Below, piece after piece: positions 9,004-19,026 of a stretch of 63,751 bases of DNA; position 1 is the first letter of the stretch; each line of letters opens with the position of its first letter. The position numbers and the translations under genes are program-made. Under the pieces are notes generated by a model, which saw only the letters and a program-made list of their open reading frames with translations, had not been told where the DNA came from and made no database searches. Source of the stretch: a candidate division WWE3 bacterium (GTDB taxonomy: Bacteria > Patescibacteriota > WWE3 > UBA101185 > UBA10185); contig JAAZNV010000012.1 of NCBI GenBank assembly GCA_012798115.1, forward strand, positions 1 through 63,751. Reading direction: 5' to 3'.

Positions 9004-10344
9004 TTACTCCCTCTTTTGCTCTACTTCATAGAACTTAGTAAATTCAGTCCTAAAGAATAAATCAAGTTCCCCTGTTGGGCCATTTCTATGCTTTGCAACA
9101 ATAAGCTTAGCATTTGATTTATCTTCTTCATCAGGTCTGTACAAAAACATAACAATATCAGCATCCTGCTCAATAGATCCAGAGTCTCTTAAATCTGAAA
9201 GCTGAGGCTTTTTATCTCCTCCCCTTTGCTCTACAGCCCTAGAAAGTTGAGAAACTGCAAGAACAGGAACTTTTAACTCTCTAGCTAAGTTCTTTAAACC
9301 TTGTGAGATCTTTGAAACTTCTTGTACTCTGCTTTCTGCTTGAGGTGCTTTAACAAGTTGCATATAGTCAACAATTATCAAATCAATTTTATTCTCAAGC
9401 ATTAATCTTCTTGCTTTTGTTCTCATTTCCATAACTGAAATACCAGCAGTATCATCAATAAATATTGGTGCTTCAGCAAGTTCTCCTGCTGCAACACCAT
9501 ATTTTTCAAAGTCTTCCTCATCAAGGTTACCTGTTGATATTTTCCAGTTGTCAATACCAGCTTGTGAAGAAGTTAATCTATCAACAAGCATTTCCCTACC
9601 CATTTCAAGAGAAAAGAAAGCAACACCAAACCCTCCTGTTACTGCAGCATATTGAGCAATATTTAAAGCAAGAGATGTCTTACCAACAGAAGGTCTAGCT
9701 GCAATTACACATAAATTTTCCTTCTGAAGGCCAGAAAGCAATCTATCAAGGCCTTTTATTCCAGTTGGTACTCCTCTCAAGGCACCTTTCTTTTTTGAAA
9801 GTTCGTCAAGTCTCTCAAATGTGATTTCAAGGGTATCCTTTATTGGAACAAAATCTTGGTAGGTCATATCTTGAGAGACTGAGTATACTAATTGTTCAGA
9901 CTTATCAAGAAGATCTTCAACCTCTCCTTCATTAAAAGCTAATTCTCCTATTTCAGAGGCAGTAGTTATTAAAAATCTCTTAATTGCATCATTTTTAATA
10001 AGATGCGCATAGGCTTCTATGTTAGCTGAAGTAGGCACAGAGTTAACAAGCTCAGTAAGGTAAGACACTCCACCAATATTATCCAACTCCTTCATTTTCT
10101 TAAGTTGGTTAGGAACCGTAATAAGATCGGCAGGTTCTCTTTTTTCATAAAGAATAAGAATAGCTTCATATATCTTTTCATGAGCTGATTTATAAAAATG
10201 CTTAGGTTTAAGAAATTCTACAACTTTGACAATAGAATCCTTATCAATGAGGAGAGACCCAAGTACAGACTTCTCTGCCTCAAGATCATGCGGAGGAACT
10301 TTCATTCCAACATTTTCATTTTTATTTGGTTTTCTTGTAGACAT
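9004..10344 (-). CDS. dnaB: replicative DNA helicase DnaB
   Basis: PPHDLEAEKSVLGSLL N-terminus, Walker A ARPSVGKTS, IVDYMQL, RNGPTG. Confidence 0.95.
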   Translation of the reverse strand: MSTRKPNKNENVGMKVPPHDLEAEKSVLGSLLIDKDSIVKVVEFLKPKHFYKSAHEKIYEAILILYEKREPADLITVPNQLKKMKELDNIGGVSYLTELVNSVPTSANIEAYAHLIKNDAIKRFLITTASEIGELAFNEGEVEDLLDKSEQLVYSVSQDMTYQDFVPIKDTLEITFERLDELSKKKGALRGVPTGIKGLDRLLSGLQKENLCVIAARPSVGKTSLALNIAQYAAVTGGFGVAFFSLEMGREMLVDRLTSSQAGIDNWKISTGNLDEEDFEKYGVAAGELAEAPIFIDDTAGISVMEMRTKARRLMLENKIDLIIVDYMQLVKAPQAESRVQEVSKISQGLKNLARELKVPVLAVSQLSRAVEQRGGDKKPQLSDLRDSGSIEQDADIVMFLYRPDEEDKSNAKLIVAKHRNGPTGELDLFFRTEFTKFYEVEQKRE

Positions 10345-10352
10345 TTACTGCC

Positions 10353-11003
10353 TTAGTGGGTAGGTTTAAGTACAATAACTTCTGTATCTTCAGACTCATC
10401 CTTTTTAGCATTTACTGTGAGTTTGTCCATATCTTTTTTTATACCATTCTCTACTCCCATAACGTCAAGGAATTTATCAACCCCATCTATATCTTGCATT
10501 ACAGAGTCATTTGTTTTGTAATGCATTGGAATAACATAAGCAGGTTGCACTGCAGATATAACTTTAGAAGCAACTTCAGCATCTAAAGTATACTTTCCAC
10601 CCACTGGAATCATTAACACTTCTACACTTGGAATTTTCTCTAAATCTTCTTGTGACAACTCATGACCTAAATCTCCTAAATGGAGAATATCCACACCATC
10701 TACAGTTATTAAATAAAAAGTGGACTTTCCTCTTTCAGCACCCTGTTTATCATCATGAAAAACAGACCTACCGTATATAAAGACCCCTCCAACTTCATAT
10801 TCACCCGGACCATCAACAACTAATCTGTAGTCTGACACACCAGCTATATTGTTATGATCAAAGTGATCGTGTGTAACAAGAACTACATCAGCACTCAATT
10901 TTGGAAGTTTATAACCAATCTTTGAATCATAAGGATCAATAACTAAAGACAATGTCTTTCCCTTTATTTTAAAACAAGAATGCCCTACGTATGTAATTTC
11001 CAT
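10353..11003 (-). CDS. MBL-fold metallo-hydrolase (UPF0173-like)
   Basis: VTHDHFDHNN (HxHxDH) motif and overall pattern MEITYVGHSCF. Confidence 0.8.
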   Translation of the reverse strand: MEITYVGHSCFKIKGKTLSLVIDPYDSKIGYKLPKLSADVVLVTHDHFDHNNIAGVSDYRLVVDGPGEYEVGGVFIYGRSVFHDDKQGAERGKSTFYLITVDGVDILHLGDLGHELSQEDLEKIPSVEVLMIPVGGKYTLDAEVASKVISAVQPAYVIPMHYKTNDSVMQDIDGVDKFLDVMGVENGIKKDMDKLTVNAKKDESEDTEVIVLKPTH

Positions 11004-11056
11004 GGGACTATATTAACAGGTTAGTTTGAATTTTGGAAGATGAAATATCTTTTAAT

Positions 11057-11085
11057 TTGACATATATTTTTAGATATCCCATAAT
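11057..11085 (+). promoter_or_regulatory. sigma70-like promoter TTGACA-17 nt-CATAAT facing an ORF-free, hairpin-rich region
   Basis: TTGACA at 11057-11062, 17-nt spacer, CATAAT at 11080-11085. Confidence 0.4.
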
Positions 11086-11404
11086 GTTTTTAACGCATAG
11101 AAAGAGCATCTTACTCTTCCTTGAAGAGGGAGGTGGAGGTAATCGAACTTCCACCTCTCAAGGAAGGTTGGATTGTTGTGTCTAAACGCCCTCAAAGCTT
11201 AAACCTAGACATAAATCGTTACGTTAAGAAAGGATATATCTAATCCATTAGCAATAGGATCTTGGCTAACTTCATTAAGCTCAATACTTAATAAGTATAT
11301 GTTTAGGGTATACCTTCGCATAACAGAGGGGTGATATGCTAAGTCTTCTTATCACCCCTGTCTCGCTACAAAACAGAAAATCTTTAATAATGTTTTCATT
11401 TGTG

Positions 11405-12148
11405 TTATATCTTCCCAACAAATAACAAACTAAGATTTTTAGAGTATCCTTTAAACAACAGTCCATACTTTTCAGATAATTTTAATGTAGCCATTGCTTT
11501 CTCAGCAGGTACTAAACTATCAAGACTTAGATCAAATCTACTTAAAATCTTCGACGTCTCAACAGGCATTCCTCTTATTATCACTTCTCCATTTGGCTTG
11601 AGCCCATTTTCTTTCTCTTCCAAATCTAGAAGATATTTTTGGAGGCTAGGACCTGTAGACTGGCCACAGAAACAGCCCATTGCTAAAGTGAAGAAAACAT
11701 CATTTTTACCCAATAATCGCTTAAACTCTTCTAAGGAAAATTTAAACAATTGCTCACCAAAACCATTACCCCTAAACTGAGGTTTTACCATGTAATAAGC
11801 TAACTCTCCGACGATGTTTCTCTGGTTGCAACTAGGGAAGAAACTTCCAAAACTAGCTAGAGAGATAAAACTACAATCCTCGCAATGCAGATGAAAGAAC
11901 AATTGTGGCTCGATTATATCCCACACATAAAACTTATTAAGCAGAACTCCCACTAATACATTATTATCCCTTATTGTATACAAATCAGCGCCTCTTCCCA
12001 GAAGCTTATCCTTACACAACTCAGACCCCGATACGCATAATAAATTCCGAACATTTCTTAAAAAATCATCTCTTTGTTGCTCCGGAAAAAATTCTAGGCT
12101 TAGCGCTTCAACAGCCTCAACATCAAAATTAACCCTATGAATTTTCAC
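11405..12148 (-). CDS. GNAT-family N-acetyltransferase-like protein
   Basis: VKPQFRGNGFGEQLF matches the acetyl-CoA binding motif (Q/R-x-x-G-x-G/A). Confidence 0.55.
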   Translation of the reverse strand: MKIHRVNFDVEAVEALSLEFFPEQQRDDFLRNVRNLLCVSGSELCKDKLLGRGADLYTIRDNNVLVGVLLNKFYVWDIIEPQLFFHLHCEDCSFISLASFGSFFPSCNQRNIVGELAYYMVKPQFRGNGFGEQLFKFSLEEFKRLLGKNDVFFTLAMGCFCGQSTGPSLQKYLLDLEEKENGLKPNGEVIIRGMPVETSKILSRFDLSLDSLVPAEKAMATLKLSEKYGLLFKGYSKNLSLLFVGKI

Positions 12149-12238
12149 AGCATTTCTCCTTTCCTTTCAAAATGGTATAATTCTGATCGATATTCTAACA
12201 TGATTAGCAATACCAACAAAAACAATAGGAGAGAAAAT

Positions 12239-13450
12239 ATGTATAAGCTGTTCAGTATGCTTGAAGATCTTGACAAAATACCAAACGTCCCTTTCTTCAC
12301 CAGTAAAGTTAGTGAAGCCTTAATAAGGATTTGTAAAGACATAGGAATAAATGAAGAAAACGCCAGCATAAACGAGGATTTCTTAGGGGTTTCTGTTACA
12401 ATCAAGGCAGGGAAACCTAATAAGAGGATTATCTTATGTTCCCACTTAGATCATCCAGGTTTTGTATTCAATGGTAATGGGATAGGGAGACCTTTAGGAA
12501 GCGTAGGTGGAATAGGAAACTTAGGTTTGTCAAAAATAAATAAACCATCCGATATGGATTTCTACTCAAAGGAAGGTAAATACGTAGGAAGATCAGATGT
12601 TCGTATAGAGAACGGTAGAATATTTTGTGAAAACCTAAACCTAAAGAAAAACACAGTTGGCATATGGCATATAGAAAACACTTCCTTTTCTAGTCCTACC
12701 ATTAAGATGAGATCTGCTGATAACCATGTGTCTACAGCAACAATTCTATACACAGTATCTGAGATTATAAACTCACTTAAAGATACAGAGTTGATACTTT
12801 TATTTACATCAGTAGAAGAAGTATTTCAAATGTCCATGACAGGAATGTGTATTGAAACTGGAATTGCAGGGAGAAAAATCAACAAAGATGACCTTTTTGT
12901 AGTCTTAGAAACCATGGAAATAGAACCATACAATTCATCGGTCATTAGTTATTCGGGGGGTCCGTTGATAAAGGTAAACGATGCAGAAGTTCCATACGGT
13001 GTGGCTTCTGGGCAAAAGGTCAACAAGTCTGAGTCAATGCTGTTAGAAGCTGCTGTTAATTTGAAGCATCAGCATGGATTTTCTAGCGGTCATACAGATG
13101 CACTAGCGCTTTCTCTAATGACAGACTGTCCTAACATAGTAACTTTGGCAATACCATGTCAAAACAAACACAATGTGACAAGTACAGGAGAAATAACAAC
13201 TGAGGATGTAAAAACTCAAGACATAGACCTCAGTATAACAATACTGAAAAAGTTGCTAAAGTGCGGATACACTGGAGAAACAAACGAGATCTTAAGCACA
13301 AAAACTACAGGAAACCTAAAGGGGCTTCAAGGTAGAAAGATTGAAAGAATATTAAAGTATAAGCAAAACAAACCTAGATTGCTGATGGGTTTTTACTACC
13401 CAGAAAACATTCTACATTGGCTTTTGCTTGCCAAAGCCCGCTTCATTTAA
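12239..13450 (+). CDS. M42/M20-type metallopeptidase-like protein
   Basis: CSHLDHPGFVF resembles the M42 HxDxxGF metal site. Start set at ATG 12239, preceded by AGGAG; the track start at 12137 overlaps the divergent GNAT gene. Confidence 0.45.
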   Translation: MYKLFSMLEDLDKIPNVPFFTSKVSEALIRICKDIGINEENASINEDFLGVSVTIKAGKPNKRIILCSHLDHPGFVFNGNGIGRPLGSVGGIGNLGLSKINKPSDMDFYSKEGKYVGRSDVRIENGRIFCENLNLKKNTVGIWHIENTSFSSPTIKMRSADNHVSTATILYTVSEIINSLKDTELILLFTSVEEVFQMSMTGMCIETGIAGRKINKDDLFVVLETMEIEPYNSSVISYSGGPLIKVNDAEVPYGVASGQKVNKSESMLLEAAVNLKHQHGFSSGHTDALALSLMTDCPNIVTLAIPCQNKHNVTSTGEITTEDVKTQDIDLSITILKKLLKCGYTGETNEILSTKTTGNLKGLQGRKIERILKYKQNKPRLLMGFYYPENILHWLLLAKARFI

Positions 13451-13851
13451 GCATAGACCGGGCGACTCTAATCATTAGAAACCCGGTCAATCTTCTTCTA
13501 TTAATAAAACTTCCACTATGTGGTACAATTCTTCCGTTGAAAACCAAACAATAAAGAAAAAGGGTCAAAAAGAAATAGTAGAAAGAATAGATTATTTTAA
13601 GAGAGGCAGAACGGTGAAAGCTGCTAGTAATTTATCTTTTGAACACGTCTTTCATCTATATTTAATTAGAACCCTTCTAGGAAAGAAAGTTTATACATAA
13701 TCCTAGACGGAAATCTTACCGTAATTAAGAAACCTAGTGTCGTAGTAACGGAGCTGGGATACAAACGAGAATTAAGAAAACTCTCGCTTCCTAACATATA
13801 TGTACGATATTATTGACATGTTAGAGAAACGAGAGTTTTTGTTTTAAATAT

Positions 13852-13927
13852 GGTGGTTGTAGCTCAATGGTAGAGCGCTGCTCTGTGGAAGCAGATGTTG
13901 CGGGTTCGATCCCCGTCAACCACCCCA
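13852..13927 (+). tRNA. tRNA-His (anticodon GTG) with encoded G-1 and CCA
   Basis: G-GTGGTTG..CTGCT-CTGTGGA-AGCAG..GCGGG-TTCGATC-CCCGT-CAACCAC-C-CCA. G-1:C73 pairing is typical of bacterial tRNA-His. Confidence 0.9.
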
Positions 13928-14260
13928 AAGCACCTTAATATTCTACTTATCGTTTAACATCTTGGCCCAGATTTCTGTGTCCTTATTCTTAATACCTAGA
14001 TTATATTCAACTGAGGTTTTGATATACCAAACAACATAAAGATCTATTTTGGTATTCACTCTTTTGTTTTCAATGTATTTATTAAGTCCAATAAGAAGAC
14101 CTTAACTGCCGGGGTGATATCAGATTTGTATTTATCGGCAATAGATTTAGTTAAATTTAAAAGATTTAGTACAAGAGATATTTGTTCTTTATTTAATGTT
14201 CTTTTCATAGTTTTGGTCAAAAAGAAAGAGATACAACATACTATTTCACTCAATTATTGC

Positions 14261-14911
14261 TTATTCATAGCTCTCAATTCCATTAAACTGTATGGATTCA
14301 TCAATATGAACATGCCCATGAAAATATGCATCGATTCTATTATTTGATAATAATAGATTCATATCATCTTTTGGAAGGGCGTAGTAACTACTCTCTGTCG
14401 ACTTCCACGTAGTACTATACTTAGGAGCATGTACTAAGAGAAAAATATTTTTATCTTGATTAGATTGGATATTTTCTTCCGCCCAATTTAATTCAGAACT
14501 CAAGAATTTTACTTCATTTACATTTCCATAGGTACATCCCATTGCTATCACGGTTATGTTATCAAATGTCTTTGTGTATGTCGCGCTTTCATACCCAAGT
14601 TTATCTAAAAATATTGACAGTGACTCCCCACCTTTATCCTTGTCGTGGTTTCCAGCTACCTCTACCCATTTTTCTCTTGCCAAAATACTTGTGTTTCTAA
14701 TAGTTATATAAGTGTCAAAAAACTCTTCTGTAGCATATTGGACATCTCCACTCCCAACTAGATCCCCAATCACAAACGAATAGCTAACCCCAAGCATATT
14801 CATATCACCTATTGTTTTCTTAAATAAAATATCTCCGTTAGGACTACCAATATGCAAATCTGACATGAGAGCTATTTTTAATTCATTCTTTCCACTATAT
14901 GGATACGTCAA
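14261..14911 (-). CDS. calcineurin-like metallophosphoesterase (TTG start in track; reading frame is open further upstream through a G10 tract)
   Basis: IALMSDLHIG, VIGDLVG, AGNHD, LLVHAP, GHVH motifs. Confidence 0.8.
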   Translation of the reverse strand: MTYPYSGKNELKIALMSDLHIGSPNGDILFKKTIGDMNMLGVSYSFVIGDLVGSGDVQYATEEFFDTYITIRNTSILAREKWVEVAGNHDKDKGGESLSIFLDKLGYESATYTKTFDNITVIAMGCTYGNVNEVKFLSSELNWAEENIQSNQDKNIFLLVHAPKYSTTWKSTESSYYALPKDDMNLLLSNNRIDAYFHGHVHIDESIQFNGIESYE

Positions 14912-15228
14912 CTTAAAACTCCTGTCATATTCCTGCAGGTACGTACCCCCCCCCCATTTCCGATCATTCTTACTCGTATAGTAGCCGTATCACTTAGAGG
15001 GGTTAAAACAAGAACTCTATAAAAACCATAGTATTCGGTAGAAACATTGTAATAAAAAATTTTAGACCCCTTCATTCTATTTTTAGTATCAGACAATGTT
15101 TGATTAATACCATCAATAACTTTTTTATCATTTAGATGAACTGTCTCATAGACAATAATATTACTAACAAACAATAACAAAAGGGACAAAAGTAAACGAC
15201 GCACTTTCATAAACAAATAATAACACAC
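14908..15228 (-). CDS. signal-anchored small ORF, possibly the N-terminal part of the downstream phosphoesterase, separated at a homopolymer
   Basis: MKVRRLLLSLLLLFVSNIIVY signal-like N-terminus. The ORF ends 13 codons after the G10 tract. Confidence 0.4.
   Translation of the reverse strand: MCYYLFMKVRRLLLSLLLLFVSNIIVYETVHLNDKKVIDGINQTLSDTKNRMKGSKIFYYNVSTEYYGFYRVLVLTPLSDTATIRVRMIGNGGGVRTCRNMTGVLS
14946..14955. repeat. C10 (G10 on the coding strand) homopolymer tract
   Basis: acgta-cccccccccc-atttcc read directly. Exceptional in this AT-rich sequence. Confidence 0.95.
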
Positions 15229-15298
15229 GAGTCTTCATTAATAGCCGTGAGTTTTGTATAATTTAGCTAAGGTTAGTAGTCCTATAAAGAGATTGCGT

Positions 15299-16600
15299 AT
15301 GACAAATAAAATGACAACACAACCATATAAAGGAAGTAGAGACTTTTATCCTGAGGATATGAAGATAAGAAACTTCATATTTGATACTTGGAAGAAGGTC
15401 TGTAAATCCTATGGTTATGAAGAATACGATGGTCCTTTTATTGAATCATTTGAACTTTATGCAGCTAAATCAGGTGAAGAGTTAGTAAACGAACAATTAT
15501 ATAGCTTTGAGGATAGAGGCAAAAGAAAAGTAGCAATAAGACCAGAAATGACCCCTACCCTTGCAAGAATGGTAGCAAGTAAGATAAACGAGCTTCCTAA
15601 ACCAATAAGATGGTTTTCTATTGCAAACTTCTGGAGGTATGAAAAACCACAAAGAGGAAGAGGAAGAGAATTCTTTCAATTAAATTTAGATATGTTCGGA
15701 ATAGAAGGAGTTGAAGCTGATCTTGAAGTAATTTCCACATCGGTAGATATACTTAAAAGCTTTGGGGCTAAAGAAACAATGTTTGAAGTTAGATTTAATA
15801 ACAGAAGACTTGCTGATGATATTTATAGAAATCTTGGACTTAGCACCGAGCAAAAAAAGTTAGTAAACAAAGCACTAGATAAAAAACTTAAAATATCTCA
15901 AGAGGAATTTAACAGTTGGTTAAAAGATGATGCAAAACTATCAAATCTTGAGCTTAAATCTTTAAATGATTACTTGGAAAACCCTATGCCTATGGTGAAT
16001 CAGTTAGTACCTAAATCAAAAGGTGCACAAGAAGTCGTCAAACTCACAGAGCTAATTAATAACCAAGGTTTAAGCATGTTCGTTAAGTTTGATCCAACAA
16101 TAATCAGGGGTTTAGATTATTACACCGGCAACGTATTTGAAGTCTATGACTTAAATCCTCAAAACATTAGGGCTATTGCTGGAGGAGGAAGATATGATGA
16201 TTTAGTAACTGTTTTTGGAAAGGACAAACTAACAGGAACTGGATATGCAATGGGAGATATTACCTTAAAGGACTTTTTAAAAGGTTGGAATCTTCTTCCA
16301 AAATTTGAATCTGAGTGTGAATACTTGATTACCTTATGGCCATCAGAAGACCCTAAATTCTTAAAAAAGGAACTGGAGATATCCAAGATTTTAAGAAATA
16401 ACGGTTTAAATGTTCAAACATGGTTAGAAAACAACACAAAGCTAGAAAAACAATTAAAATATGCAGATAAAAAAGGATGTAAATACGTTATAATCATTGG
16501 AGAAAACGAACTAAAAGACAACTTGGTAACAATCAAGAATTTAAAAGATTCTACTCAAGAGACAAAACCTTTAGAAAAATTCATATCAGATATAAAATAA
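15299..16600 (+). CDS. hisS: histidyl-tRNA synthetase
   Basis: YKGSRDFYPEDM, class II motifs (RPEMTP, FRYEKPQRGRGREF, AGGGRYDDL). Start moved to ATG 15299, because the track TTG start lies inside a TATAAT box at 15257-15262. Confidence 0.9.
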   Translation: MTNKMTTQPYKGSRDFYPEDMKIRNFIFDTWKKVCKSYGYEEYDGPFIESFELYAAKSGEELVNEQLYSFEDRGKRKVAIRPEMTPTLARMVASKINELPKPIRWFSIANFWRYEKPQRGRGREFFQLNLDMFGIEGVEADLEVISTSVDILKSFGAKETMFEVRFNNRRLADDIYRNLGLSTEQKKLVNKALDKKLKISQEEFNSWLKDDAKLSNLELKSLNDYLENPMPMVNQLVPKSKGAQEVVKLTELINNQGLSMFVKFDPTIIRGLDYYTGNVFEVYDLNPQNIRAIAGGGRYDDLVTVFGKDKLTGTGYAMGDITLKDFLKGWNLLPKFESECEYLITLWPSEDPKFLKKELEISKILRNNGLNVQTWLENNTKLEKQLKYADKKGCKYVIIIGENELKDNLVTIKNLKDSTQETKPLEKFISDIK

Positions 16601-16606
16601 ATAATA

Positions 16607-17608
16607 ATGTTTAGAAGAAACCTGCCTAAAAACCTTGTTCTTGCGTATGTTGCATTAACTGGTGCTACCATTCTTTGGGGTGCAGCAAACCCAATAATTA
16701 AACTTACACTAGGCTACATTCCACCAATTACATTTTTATTCTTAAGGTTCTTAATAGCTTGCATCATCCTTTTACCTTATGTTTTGTATGAGACACAAAA
16801 AACAAAAATTGATAAAAGAGATTATTTAAACATATTTTTGTTTGGCTTGTTTTCTCAAACTTCACTTATATTGATTTTTGTGGGACTTGAATACACAACT
16901 GTTGTGGAGTCCTCAATCATAGGTATTCTTGGATCTATTCTTACTGTTGCTGCAGGCCACTACTTCTACAAAGACAACGTAAATAAAGGAGTTAAGACAG
17001 GATTATTAATTGCGTCTTTAGGTACATTGTTTGTTATCATTGAGCCATTGTTTACAGGCAATATCCACAATACCAGCTTAGTTGAAAGGACATTTGGAAA
17101 TTTTCTTGTATTTTTATATAACATAACATGGGTGATATTTATTGTATGGTCAAAATTTAGCATGGGAGAAGAAAGATCTTCTCTATTAAAAAAAGCTTTA
17201 AGCTTCATTCAGTTGAAACCAATGAAAAAAGAATACTCCTCAACTTTTCTTACAGCACTTTCATTATATGTTGGACTAGCAACTGTTACTCCTCTCGCCT
17301 TTTTAGAAAACACAGGGTATATAGGAAACAACCCACCATTTGATATATTCTCCATAAAACCTATTGGTATAATAGGATTACTGTACATGGCTATATGCTC
17401 CTCAATTATTGCTTACATGTTATATCAATGGTCTTTAAAATATGTGAAAGTTTCAGATACTGCATTCTTTGGGTACCTAGCCCCAATCTTAACACTACCC
17501 TTTTCTTATGTAATCTTAGGAGAACTCCCAACAAAATCTATGGTTATTGGAGCAATAATAATAGGCATAGGGGTATACATTTCAGGGAAGAATTTAAATA
17601 ATCATTAA
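16607..17608 (+). CDS. EamA/DMT-family transporter
   Basis: 10-TM pattern in two EamA-like halves. Confidence 0.75.
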   Translation: MFRRNLPKNLVLAYVALTGATILWGAANPIIKLTLGYIPPITFLFLRFLIACIILLPYVLYETQKTKIDKRDYLNIFLFGLFSQTSLILIFVGLEYTTVVESSIIGILGSILTVAAGHYFYKDNVNKGVKTGLLIASLGTLFVIIEPLFTGNIHNTSLVERTFGNFLVFLYNITWVIFIVWSKFSMGEERSSLLKKALSFIQLKPMKKEYSSTFLTALSLYVGLATVTPLAFLENTGYIGNNPPFDIFSIKPIGIIGLLYMAICSSIIAYMLYQWSLKYVKVSDTAFFGYLAPILTLPFSYVILGELPTKSMVIGAIIIGIGVYISGKNLNNH

Positions 17609-17655
17609 AGCCCTACTTGTCTATGCAAGTAAACCCTGGTATACTGCACTTCGTC

Positions 17656-18000
17656 ATGAAAAAGGATATACATCCAAAATTAAATACTTGTGTTGTCACA
17701 TGTGCATGTGGAAACACATTTACAACAGTATCCACACTACCTTCAATAACGGTAGAAATATGTAGTGCATGTCATCCTTTTTACACAGGGCAAAGCAAAT
17801 TTGTTGATACAGAAGGGAGAATAGATAAATTTTCAAGAAGATTAAAATTAGCAGAAGAAAAGAAAAAGAAAGCTGATGAGTTAAAAGCTATTAAATCCTC
17901 AAAGAAAAAAGGTCCTGAAGTATTAAAAGAAATGACTTTGAAAGAAATGCTCCAGAAGGCTAAAGCTGAAGAAGAGTCAAAAAAACAATCCGAAGAGTAG
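17656..18000 (+). CDS. rpmE: ribosomal protein L31 with K/E-rich C-terminal extension
   Basis: [10 protein letters not shown]...CxC...[11 protein letters not shown]...[11 protein letters not shown] at 17656. Confidence 0.9.
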   Translation: MKKDIHPKLNTCVVTCACGNTFTTVSTLPSITVEICSACHPFYTGQSKFVDTEGRIDKFSRRLKLAEEKKKKADELKAIKSSKKKGPEVLKEMTLKEMLQKAKAEEESKKQSEE

Positions 18001-18051
18001 ATTAAACTCTCTAAGTTTTCCAAGATGTTAAACTGAAAGTACAATATACTT

Positions 18052-19026
18052 ATGGATCAAGCACATAATTACATTCAAAACGAAATAGAAAGAATAACAA
18101 AAGAAATAGAATTTAACAAAAAAACATTGGAAAGTGAAATTAATACTGAGATGAAGAAGCTTTACGAAGAAGAAATCTATAGTCTTCAAAAACAAAAAGA
18201 AGAGTTAGAAAAATCCTTAGATAGTTCAAGTTACCAACCAGAAAAGAAAAATATAATAAGTGAAGGAGATTTTAATTTAGATCCTAACGTTGCAACCATG
18301 GAAATAAGATCAGGAACAGGTGGGGATGAAGCAGGATTATTTGCTAAAGATTTATTTAGAATGTATTCAAGATACGGCGAAAAGGCTAAATGGAAGATAA
18401 CAGAAGAGTATCTAAATGAAAATGAAGTAGGAGGAATTAAAACTTTGATAGCTGACATTAAAGGACAAAATGTGTATAAGCTCCTAAAAAATGAGTCTGG
18501 AGTTCATAGAGTACAAAGAATTCCAGTAACGGAATCTGGTGGTAGAATACACACCTCAACAGCCACCGTAGCTGTTCTTCCAAAATTAAAAAATATTAAC
18601 ATTGAAATAAAACCAGATGATTTAAAATGGGAGTTTTATAGGTCTGGAGGAAAAGGTGGCCAAAATGTTAATAAAGTATCAACTGCAGTTAGACTTACTC
18701 ATATACCAACGGGAACTATTGTTGAATGCCAAGAAGAAAGGTACCAAGGAAAAAACAGAGAAAAAGCTTTAAGTATTCTCCATTCCAAGCTTTACACTCA
18801 AATGCAAGAACAACACGTAAAAAGTATAACTGAGTTAAGATCCTCCCAGGTAGGCACAGGAGAGCGAAGCGAAAAAATAAGAACATATAATTTTCCACAA
18901 GATAGAATCACAGATCATAGAATAAATAAAACATGGCATAGCATTGAAAGAGTTATGAATGGGGATGTAGAAAATATATTAGAAGAGTGCTCTCTAATTG
19001 AATCACAAGATAATAAAAATGATTAA
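18052..19026 (+). CDS. prfA: peptide chain release factor 1
   Basis: GGKGGQNVNKV GGQ motif and RIPVTES (PxT tripeptide, RF1-type). Confidence 0.85.
   Translation: MDQAHNYIQNEIERITKEIEFNKKTLESEINTEMKKLYEEEIYSLQKQKEELEKSLDSSSYQPEKKNIISEGDFNLDPNVATMEIRSGTGGDEAGLFAKDLFRMYSRYGEKAKWKITEEYLNENEVGGIKTLIADIKGQNVYKLLKNESGVHRVQRIPVTESGGRIHTSTATVAVLPKLKNINIEIKPDDLKWEFYRSGGKGGQNVNKVSTAVRLTHIPTGTIVECQEERYQGKNREKALSILHSKLYTQMQEQHVKSITELRSSQVGTGERSEKIRTYNFPQDRITDHRINKTWHSIERVMNGDVENILEECSLIESQDNKND

Noticed and set aside
11400-11780. 126-aa plus-strand ORF
   Set aside because: It is entirely antisense to the GNAT gene, has low-complexity composition and no SD. It is a typical shadow ORF.
12137-12238. Track start of the peptidase-like ORF at 12137
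   Set aside because: It would overlap the divergent GNAT gene start. ATG 12239 has an AGGAG SD and gives a sensible N-terminus.
13518-13700. 60-aa ORF upstream of tRNA-His
   Set aside because: It has no SD, its ATG is embedded in a -10-like element, and the region looks structural (hairpins) rather than coding.
13540-13846. RNase P RNA in the gap before tRNA-His
   Set aside because: The segment acggtgaaagctgctagtaat loosely recalls the GGUGAAAGGGUGCGGUAAG region. The universally conserved GAGGAAAGUCC and ACAGAA P4 elements are absent, and about 300 nt is short.
14056-14253. 65-aa minus-strand ORF between tRNA-His and the phosphoesterase
   Set aside because: It may be a real 50-aa peptide starting at ATG 14208, but there is no SD, no recognisable motif and an overlapping opposite-strand ORF. 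The evidence is insufficient to call it.
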